Origin: Callorhinchus milii
Lineage: Eukaryota
Assembly (NCBI RefSeq): GCF_018977255.1
Contig: NW_024704751.1
Coordinates: 13,102,673 to 13,146,000, forward strand
Direction: 5' to 3'
Length of the DNA: 43,328 nt
Part shown: piece after piece, positions 24,508-33,563 of the stretch
Numbering within the stretch: the stretch's first letter is position 1
Layout of the letters: the number at the start of each line of letters is the position of its first letter
The notes under the pieces: model-generated
Told to the model about the DNA's origin: nothing
What the model saw: only the letters and a program-made list of their open reading frames with translations
Databases searched by the model: none
Made by a program: the position numbers and the translations under genes

Positions 24508-24626
24508 AATAAAATATTCTGCGTCGTAAATTCAAAGGAATGTTTTTTTTTTAACTGAGCTCTTAGCTGTACTGATTATTAATGATAGCGCGACAGCAGC
24601 TAATAAATAAATCAATAAGTAAATAA
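24508..24626 (+). terminator. Candidate polyadenylation signals for a long ZBTB8B 3' UTR
   Basis: AATAAA at 24508 and repeated AATAAA at about 24604-24626, with U-rich tracts, just before the next CpG island. Earlier AATAAA hexamers also exist in the interval. Confidence 0.4.
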
Positions 24627-24679
24627 ATGTATGACTTTTTTTTAAAATAAATTCTTCCTCACCCCGACCATTTTAAAGT

Positions 24680-25650
24680 CTTAATTACGTGGAAGCGACC
24701 CTCTCGGGTATTTTTTTTCATCGCTGCTGTGTTTGAGATAACCAGTGTACGTACGGATGAGTTGGAGGTGTCGATAAGCTTTCATTTTTACTTCTCCTTT
24801 TCTTTTGGAAGAGTCTGTGTTTTGCGACCGCTTCTCCCTCGAAATCCGGATCTGGATTAGGGAATCATGTACTTGGCTAAAGGGGTTGAGCAGGAGCCCT
24901 CCTTTCATTCCGTCCCAAGCGCACGCCCGCGAGCGACGGCAAAAGGAACGCTGCCCCCAGACCCTCGCTTAACCCGAATGCTCCCGAGCTGGGATCGAGG
25001 CGTTAACGTCACGAGCGTTGATAAGTGCACCGTCCCTCACAATCAGCTCTTGTACCCCACAAAGCAAAACTGACACGACACCACAGCGATCCTGTGAGTG
25101 ACCCCACGATGCCGCCGTGACTGCTTACGTGGATGGCGTCGACGAGAAGCGACCGGACGGCGTTCGGCGGATGGCCTTGGAGCGACTTCATCTCCGCCAA
25201 CGCTCCGCTCCGCCTTTGGACGCCGCAAACCGCCCCCTCCCCCCCCGCGGCAGGTTCAAAACATTGCTCTAAAAGCCATCGGAGCAGACCTTTCGGAAAA
25301 GATGCCAACGAAAGGAATTCCGAACACCTTTTCTGCCCGCCCGGTGGAATCCGGCCGCCTCGGCTTTCCGAGCCCACGGGACGCTGGTACGGTCCCGCGC
25401 CGACCAACGTGACCTGCGTTCAAACGTACGGCACTGCGGCCACGTACAGCGTCTCCGCAGCGCCGCCGTTTACTGAAGATCGCCCGAAATTGTGGGGGGG
25501 GGGGCAGGGCTCGCACGCACGACGACGACGTCGGTGGCCGCAGCGCTTCGGGGGGGGGTAAAAGCGATGGGGGGGAAAAACTCGCCAGAAGTGTACCGTC
25601 GGCACCGAAGTTCGACGTTTGAAGCCTATTTTTTTTTAACCTCCCGATCG
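24680..25650. promoter_or_regulatory. CpG island, likely ZBTB8A promoter
   Basis: Abrupt change to CpG-dense sequence just after an AATAAA cluster (about 24508-24626) and about 3 kb upstream of the ZBTB8A coding-exon acceptor. The first-exon boundaries were not resolved. Confidence 0.6.
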
Positions 25651-25655
25651 CCGAT

Positions 25656-25860
25656 GGGGGGGGGGGGGTTTGGACCAGGGTTTTTTTTGGGGGGGGGGGA
25701 GTGGGGGGGGTTTTGGACCAGGGGTTTTTTTTTGGGTGGGAGGGGGGGGGTTTTGAACCAGGGGTTTTTTTTTGGGTGGGAGGTGGGGGTTTTGGACCAG
25801 GGTTTTTTTTGGGTGGGAGGTGGGGGGTTTTGGACCAGGGTTTTTTTTTTTGGGGGGGGG
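25656..25860 (+). repeat. G/T-rich minisatellite, unit of about 34-40 bp, 5 copies
   Basis: (G)nTTTTGGACCAGGG(T)nGGGTGGGA repeated. Confidence 0.85.
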
Positions 25861-26719
25861 CGTCCGCACGGCCGCGCACTGAACAGGCATCCACCCCTCC
25901 CAGAGAACCAGGTCGTTCACATACACACACACCCAAATAATAATAATAATAACAATAATAATAATAATAATCGTTGCATTTGACATGAAGAGACCGATCG
26001 GGTCTCGACCACTGGGTTCCTCCTACCGGTCGAGTGGCTTTTACGGCGGTGGAGGGTGGGGGGTGGGTTGGGGGGGGGGTTTGGGGGGGTGTTGGCCGGG
26101 GGTGTGGGGGGGGGTGGTCCTGCGCGCGGAGGGTCTTCGAGGCGCCCGGGCGCAGGCGACGTGCGGAGGGTCCTCGGCGCGGGCGGGCGGGCGGGGGGGG
26201 GGTGGGTGGACTGGGGGTGGGTGGGGGTGGGGGGGCTCTGCGGTCAAGACCACCTTGGAGTTGGGTGGGGGCTGAGGGTGGGGGTGGGTGGGGGCTGAGG
26301 GTGGGGGTGGGGGAGGGGGGTGTTGGGGGGTCACTGACTTCATTGTGAAATGGCTCTCCACACCCCATTACCCCATTACCCCCCACACCCCCCCCACAGC
26401 ACAGGCACTGAACAGGAGCCTTGCGGTGGGGGGGGAGGGGGAGGGGGGGGGAGAGGGGGGGAATTGGGGGTAAATCCTCCCCAAACGGTGTAGTGTTTCA
26501 GCCCTGAAGTCCCTCCGGTGTGAGTTCGGGCGTCAAAAACCACGTCCGGGTCGGGACCGCCGGGTGTTGGGGCGGAGGAGATCGGTGGGGGAGTAAGTGA
26601 CTGCTTCTCGGGGGGGAGGGGGGGTGTTGCTCTCCCCCCACACACACACCCCTCACCTCCCCCCCCCCCCCCCCCCCCGGGGTTAGCGTGGGGTGAAGAT
26701 ACAACCGAGTAATAAGCGG

Positions 26720-27008
26720 CGGCTGTGGGGTGTGGGGGCTCTGGGGGGTGTGGGGGGGGGGGCTGTGGGGGGGGGCTCTTGGGGGTGGGGGGGCTCTGGG
26801 GGCTGTGGGGGCTGTGGGGTGGGGGGGGCTGTGGGGGGCTGTGGGGTGGGGGGGGGCTCTGGGGGCTGTGGGGGGGGCTTGGGGGTGTGGGGTGGGGGGG
26901 GGGCTGTGGGGGGGGGCTCTGGGGGCTGTGGGGTGGGGGGGCTGTGGGGGGTGTGGGGGGGGGGGGGCTGTGGGGTGGGGGGGGGGCTCTGGGGGCTGTG
27001 GGGGGGCT
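26720..27008 (+). repeat. G-rich tandem repeat (GGGGGCTGTG / GGGGGCTCTG units)
   Basis: Direct reading. Confidence 0.85.
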
Positions 27009-27099
27009 CATGTAACCGGAACCCGGACCTCCCTCCCTCTCTCTCCCCCCCCGGGTGGGGTGGGGGCGATCACACGGTTTCGGGTCGGTATTTGCGCGT

Positions 27100-27560
27100 A
27101 GGGGTCAGTGTGTGTGTGGGGGGGGGTGTGTGTGTGGGGTGGGGGTCAGTGTGTGGGGGTGTGGGGGGGGTCTGTGTGGGGGTGTGGGGGGGTCAGTGTG
27201 GGTGTGTGTGCGTGTGTGGGGGGGTCAGTGTGTGTGGGGTGGGGTGTGTGTGTGTGGGGGGGGGGTCAGTGTGTGTGGGGTGGGGGGGTGTGTGTGGGGG
27301 GGGGTCAGTGTGTGTGTGGGGGGGGGTCAGTGTGTGTGTGGGGGGGGTGTGTGTGTGTGGGGTGGGGGGGTGTGGGGGGGTCAGTGTGTGTGGGGTGTGG
27401 GGGGGTCAGTGTGGGTGTGTGTGTGGGGGGGGGGCAGTGTGTGTGGGGTGGGGGGGGGGTCAGTGTGTGTGGGGTGGTGGGGTGTGTGTGTGGGGTGGGG
27501 GGGGTCAGTGTGTGTGGGGTGGTGGGGTGTGTGTGTGGGGGGGGGTGTGGGGGGTGTGGC
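27100..27560 (+). repeat. G-rich minisatellite (G)nTCAGTGTGTGTG(G)n
   Basis: More than ten GGGGTCAGTGTG units with variable G and GT runs. Confidence 0.85.
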
Positions 27561-27774
27561 TGAGGGTTGGGATCCTCTGAGCCGGAGTTTGCCAGAAATG
27601 TAGAATATATTTGTCGCCCAAAGTCCCCCAAACTCTGGCCCCCAAAAAGTGGCCGAATACAGCAACAACGACAACAACAACAACAACATCCGCGAAGCGC
27701 CTGAAATATTAGGCGTCGACCTACTGCGAGTGATTAATAATAATAATAACCACAACAACAACAATAACAACAAT

Positions 27775-28350
27775 CGTCGCATTTGACGCAGCGCCTTTTC
27801 ACGTCCTCTCGACGTCTCAAAGCGCTGCACAGAACAGGCTGTCAAGTGTAGTGACCGTATACTTTGTGGGCGAAACTCGGCAGCCGACGGCGCACAGCGG
27901 CGTCCCCCGCAGACAAACAGCCGTGGATTGAGGACGGCCGATTTATTGTTGTCTTTGTGTTCGGTGGGGGGTGGGGAGGGGGTGGGGGGGGGGGAGGGAA
28001 ACGCGCCCAAGGTTTCGCCCCCTGCCTCGGGGGTTTAAGAGGAGACTTGAGGAGGAGGAGGAGGAGGAGGGGGATTCGATAGGGTGAACGAGGAGGAACC
28101 GTTTCCACTGGCGGGTGGGTCGGTAAAACCAATCGATCGACCGTATACTTTGCGGTGTTTGTATTAATAATAACAGTAGTACTACTACTACTACTAATGA
28201 TAATAATAATCCGAGCATTTGATACGGCGCCTTATCACGTCTTCGAGACGTCTCAAAGCGCTTCACGCCAATGTGTACCGCGGAGTGCATCGACTGTGCA
28301 TATTTTCGCGGGCGAAACGCGGCCGCCAATTGCACGCAGCAGCGTCCCGA
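27775..28350 (-). mobile_element. Two GC-shifted SINE copies (about 27775-28035 and 28200-28350)
   Basis: GCATTTGACGCAGCGCCTT...GGCAGCCGACGGCGCACAGCGGCGTCCC and GCATTTGATACGGCGCCTTATCACG... Confidence 0.75.
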
Positions 28351-28579
28351 AACAACAACAACAACAAGATTACATTTGCGCGGCGCCTCTCACGTCGGGA
28401 GGAGGACGTCCCGAGGGGCCGGGGCAGTGTCACGGCATTTCGGTCCCGAGCTGGGGAGAAAGCGATGGCGATTTCCTCCCACCGCGCTCGGGGTTCTTCC
28501 TTTGACGGTCCCAACGTCGGTCACGTAGTGCGTGTTTTTNCTCGTCGCGTCCCTGACAGGCTGAGGGCGTCCTCTCGCA

Positions 28580-30836
28580 ATGGAGATTTCGTCTCATCAA
28601 ACCCGCCTGCTCGAGCACCTCGACAGGCAGCGCAAACAGGAGATGTTCTGCGACTGCCGGATCGTGGTGGAGGACCGGGTCTTCAAAGCTCACCGCAATG
28701 TCCTGTTTGCCAGCAGCGGCTACTTCCGCATGCTGCTCCTCCACAACGCCCAGGAAGCCGGAAAGCCCACCGTGGCCACCTTCGACGTCTTCTCCGCCGA
28801 CGCTTTCGTGATCATCTTGGACTTCGTGTACTCGGGCCGGCTGTCGCTCACCAGCCAGAACGTGATCGACGTGATGTCGGCCGCCAGCTACTTGCAGATG
28901 ACGGACGTCATCGGCGTCTGCAAAAGCTTCATCAAATCCTCCCTGGACATCAGCGAGAAAGAGGAGAGGTACTTCAGCCACTCGAGCAGCAAGAAGAGCA
29001 AGTGCGGCGAGGGGGCGTCTGTCTTTGCCGGGACCGCCCGGAGTTTGGAGTCCGGTCTCGTCCAGGCTCAGAAGAACCCGGACGTGGGGAGGATTCTCGG
29101 ACACTCCTGGCGAAGCTTTAACTTGCATCATCCGATGGCGAGCTTGCAGGACGCCACGGGGGATCAGTCGCAGAACTCCTTCGCCGACAGTCGGACGTAC
29201 GAGGAGGTCTCCTCCGAACTCCCTGCTTTCAAGTCCGTTGGCTCTGCCTCCTCGTCCCCGCGAGTGTCTGAACAGATAAACATGGGTTCGCAAACCGAGG
29301 AGAAAAAGCTGCTGGATTCTGAACTGAACGCGTCCCATCTGAGTTACCAGTTCCAGCCGGAGCAGGAGGCGCTGCCCGCGGCCTGGCCCCAGGGGAGGAA
29401 GGAGCGCAACTCTGAACACCAGCCCTCTCGAACCAGAGGGCAAAAGACCGATGATTGGTATCCCCCAATGCCCACAATTCTGGAAGTTGTGGGCGACTGG
29501 AGTGGAGACAGTACAGGTGAGAGTGGAGCAGACTTGTGGGTATCCAGTATCACAGCCTGACACAGTGCTGCTGGATTTTGGGCTGGAAAGCTGCTTTAAG
29601 TAGTATTAAACTTTAATTAAAGCTGCTTTAAGTAATGAGTAATACTACTAATAATAATAGTAATAATCCTCGCATTTGACATAGCGCCTTATCGCGTCTT
29701 GGGAGACGTCTTCAAGAAGTTTCGAAGCGTCTCGAAGACTCTCACTGGGGGGAGCAGTGCTATTCCGAACCTGATTTGAAAGGGTTGCTGCAATCGCTTT
29801 ACTGCCATTGATTCCGGAGCTTAACTTGGATTTGTTTTTTTGTGGTTTCAGGTGACTACGGGATGTTACCGAATATGAAGTTCAAATGCCCGTTTTGTAC
29901 ACATACAGTGAAGCGTAAATCCGACTTGAAGCGGCACCTTCGGTCACACACGGGAGAGAGGCCTTATCCCTGCGACTCATGCGGCAAGAGATTCACCCGA
30001 CTCGAGCACCTCCGCAGTCACGTCATAACCGTAAGCACCTCAGCTCCTGCCGTATCTCTTTTGTCGGTTCTCACGCAGATTAGCGCCACAGAACGTTACA
30101 GCTGCGCGGAATCAGACCACGTGGAGTCCTGCTCAGGGGTTAGAGCCTCTGTTTACCTAGCAGTAAGTAGGAACCCGGTTGTTAGTCGATCGGTGGATGG
30201 CTTTTCCCCTTTTTTTAAAAAAAAGTAAATTAACACTCAAGCCACGGCTGTTTTGTGGGACGCTGCTGTGCGCAATTGGCTGCCACGTTTCTCCCATTAA
30301 AACATACAGTCAATTCACTTCACAATATGTTCTGTGAAGGGCTTTCAGGCCTCTCTGGAAGACGTGAGCCGGTCATTGATTCTCCAGTTTAATTCACTGC
30401 TTCGCTTTCTTCGGTTCTCTACCAGTGACGGGCCGTGCTTTCACGCTTAACTCTCGTTCGAACTTTCCTCCAGATCCACAAGTCCGGGAAGCTCCTCAAT
30501 TGCAAAGTCTGCAGAAAGTCATTCACGGGCATGGCTGCTAAAATCGTGCAACATCACGGAAAGTGCTACGGTTTGTGCAGTAACTGCGTGAGCCTGATGA
30601 ACTCAGTTCACGACGACGAGCCCATTGACCTGGATCCTCAACCGGACCACGATGTGGAATTTCAGGAAAGCGACAGAGAATCGGGGTGGATTTCTGCCGA
30701 GCCAGAGGGGGAGAGTGAGATCCTGAGCTCGGGAGGAGAAGGCTCTGGAAGCAACGAGATTCACACGGTCCATGAAATTCTGGATGACGCGGATGAAAAA
30801 GTCCAGATCTGTCACAAAGTGGAGAGCCGTCATTGA
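28580..30836 (+). CDS. ZBTB8A: Zinc finger and BTB domain-containing protein 8A (492 aa)
   Basis: Coding exons 28580-29516 (acceptor before 28560; BTB domain [26 protein letters not shown]...), 29852-30030 ([47 protein letters not shown]) and 30474-30836 ([13 protein letters not shown]...stop). Same intron phases and the same 179-bp finger exon as the upstream paralog. MEISSHQ and HTVKRKxDLKRH are ZBTB8A signatures. Confidence 0.93.
30120..30370 (+). mobile_element. SINE with partly deleted head, in the last ZBTB8A intron
   Basis: GGAGTCCTGCTCAGGGGTTAGAGC joined directly to CTCTGTTTACCTAGCAGTAAGTAGGAACCCGG, followed by the core. Confidence 0.7.
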
Positions 30837-30994
30837 GACTGAGGCAACTAATCCTGTGTTGTGTTTTTAAACGTTCATTTTTTTATTAAAAAAACACAGT
30901 ATCCAGGGATACTGCAAAACGACAAAATGTTTCATAGTTCTGTACATTTCTTTTATCTCCCTTAAAATGCCAGTGTTTATTATTTGTAAGCAAA

Positions 30995-31165
30995 AGGCAA
31001 AATATTGCAGATGCTGGGAAGCTGAAATAAAAACAGATGTCGCTGGGAACACTCAGCACGGTCAGGAAGCATCTATGGAGAGAAAGTAAAGCGAGTTAAG
31101 GTTTCAGGTTCATGACCCGATACAGAGTTCTGAAAACGTTAACTCGCTTTCCTCTCTCCGTAGAA
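30995..31165. mobile_element. Penelope-like fragment with an internal inverted repeat
   Basis: GCAGATGCTGGGAAGCTGAAATAAAAACAGA...; arms at about 31072-31107 and 31129-31164 are near reverse complements. Confidence 0.6.
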
Positions 31166-32176
31166 ACTTTTCATTAAGTGCGTTTACCTGTTTATTCCAG
31201 GAGAAGAAAAATCAACATCTTTCTGTGAAGTACGCAGGGGGTTTCAGACCTTTACCGGTGTCAGTTTCAGGTATTGTACAGCGGAAATATCACAAACACG
31301 TTCTACAGCGGAGCAACTACAGTCAATTCTTATTTGTCAGCAGAAAAAGGCCCACCAGACGCTCAGAAATGCACAGAGATGTTTGCGCCCCTAAAATACA
31401 CAATCAATTCCCTTTACAGCATATTCTGGGAAGCGGTTTGAGCCGTCTCGAAGATGTGATAAGGCGCTACATCAAATGCAAGGATTATTGGTTTCAGAGG
31501 ATTGAGTCTAATCATGAAAGGTTTACTGACAATGTGCTAAAGCTGTCTGATATTTTTAGTTCTGTATCATTTATTATCAAAACTTTTTACAGTCTCACTT
31601 CAAATGGACATTGACATTCCAATGCAAGGATTATTATTATCATTATTATTTTTACGCTTTTGCTAATTTTACACACGACGCTAAAAAGGTTGCTGCGTGA
31701 TTTTGTGCTCATTCCGTTGAAATGCAGTACTCGAAATCCTAAGGCAATAAATATCCTGCAGAGGCTGGAAATCTGAAATAAAAACCAGTCACCGCAGTCC
31801 ACAGAAAACTCTTGCGGGGGGTGGGGGGGGGGGCGATGGGGGGGGGAGGAAAAAAAGTGCTGCGAAGGCGTTTCAGAGGCGGTCATGTGCAGTTGGTGAT
31901 GTCAGGCGCAAAGGTTCAAAGGCAATTCAGGTCTTGGGACTGCAATCGGAGTTCCGCAGATCAGTTCAACTTCCAAAGCAATCTTCAGATTAGTTCCAGG
32001 TTGGGGGTGGGGGGTGGTGCTGGTGGTGGGGGGGGAGTGGGGGGGGTAGTGGGGGGTGGGGGGTGTGTGTGTGTGTTGGGAGTTGTCCACACACACTACA
32101 GCTTCACAAGTGAAGCCCATTGGGAAGTTGCTGTTGGAAAGAAATAAATCATTGGGGAAAACGTATCCACACTTGA

Positions 32177-32323
32177 NNNNNNNNNNNNNNNNNNNNNNNN
32201 NNNNNNNNNNNNNNNNNNNNNNNNNNNNNNNNNNNNNNNNNNNNNNNNNNNNNNNNNNNNNNNNNNNNNNNNNNNNNNNNNNNNNNNNNNNNNNNNNNNN
32301 NNNNNNNNNNNNNNNNNNNNNNN
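32177..32323. other. Assembly gap (147 N) in the FUCA1 promoter/5' UTR
   Basis: Run of n characters. Confidence 0.99.
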
Positions 32324-32351
32324 TTGGCTGCAGTTTCAGGAAGTGGGAGAG

Positions 32352-33529
32352 ATGGTGATGGAGGCTGTGAGGACCTGGAGGAGGTGGTCCTGGTCCTGGT
32401 CCTGGTGGTGGGTGTGGGTGTGGGTGTGGGTGACCCTGTGGCCGGGGACTGCCCCTCACCCCAGTTACACCCCGGACTGGGCGAGTCTGGACGCCCGACC
32501 CTTACCGGAGTGGTACGACGAGAGTAAGATCGGGGTCTTCCTGCACTGGGGGGTGTTCTCGGTGCCCAGTTACCGGAGCGAGTGGTTCTGGTGGGACTGG
32601 GAGGGTCTGCACAGCCCCGACATCCTCACCTTCATGGAGCGCAACTACAAGTCCGGCTTCACGTACCCCGACTTCGCTTCGCAGTTCACCGCCGAGTTCT
32701 TCGATCCGGACCAGTGGGCAGATTTGATCCAGGATTCCGGAGCCAGGTCACTAATCATCATCATCATCATCACCATCACCATCATCATCATCATCACCGT
32801 ATTGATATTAGTAATATTGTTATTCATCTGAGTCCTGTATCTCAGTGGTTAGAGCACTCGCTTTGCGAGTGAGAGACCTGAGTTCAATCCCAGGCAGAGG
32901 GGGAAACCTCGGGCAAGTTTCCTTACTCCACACAGAGCCTAATAATAATCCCTCCAAAACCAAAAACAATAATAAATTGGTCATTTTCAATCCGCGACTG
33001 TTTGTGGGACATTGCTGTGCGCAATCGGCCGCCGCGTTCGCCCACAAATATACAGTCACTTCACTTTACGGTGTGTTCTGTGAAGCGCTTTGGGACGTCC
33101 TCTCCCGACGTGAAAAGCACTATATCAAATGCGAGGATTATTGTTATTATTATAATGATCCTCGCGTTGGATGCAGCGCTTCTCGCGTCTCCGAGACGTC
33201 CCCAAAAGCGCTTCGCGGAACAACACGCCGTGGAGCGAACTGACCGTACGTTTGTGGGCGAGCGCGGCGGCCGATGGCGCGCAGCGTTGTCCCGCAGACG
33301 GCCGCGGATTGAAAACGGCCAATTTATTATGGTTTGGGGTTTCGGAGGGATTATTATTAGGGCTCTGTGTGGGGTAAGGAAACTTGCCCGAGGTTTCGCC
33401 CTCTGACGGGGATTGAACCCGGGTCTCTCGCTTCCTGCCGCTGAGCGACAGGACTCCTGTGATGTATTAAGAGGCGTAAAGAAACCTCCGTTGCAAATGC
33501 AGTCGAGCAGCTAGCTCAGGGCGATGATA

Positions 33530-33563
<34 letters not shown>

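Noticed and set aside
25656-27560. Regularly spaced repeats superficially like a CRISPR array or Ig switch region
   Set aside because: No unique spacers and no cas genes in a vertebrate locus; no Ig constant exons nearby and AGCT motifs are not enriched.
25256-28010. Long Pro-, Gly- and Val/Cys-rich ORFs (for example 376 aa and 295 aa)
   Set aside because: They arise from stop-poor G-rich tandem repeats that are open in most frames; no domain signal or splice logic.
28430-29563. 377-aa antisense ORF and 300-aa alternative-frame ORF over the ZBTB8A BTB exon
   Set aside because: Shadow ORFs produced by high GC at third codon positions; no recognisable motifs.
32845-33406. Recurring ORFs with similar peptides (..VFCEALWDV.., ..VKRFETSRR..) across the window
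   Set aside because: Translations of the same SINE, not a protein family.
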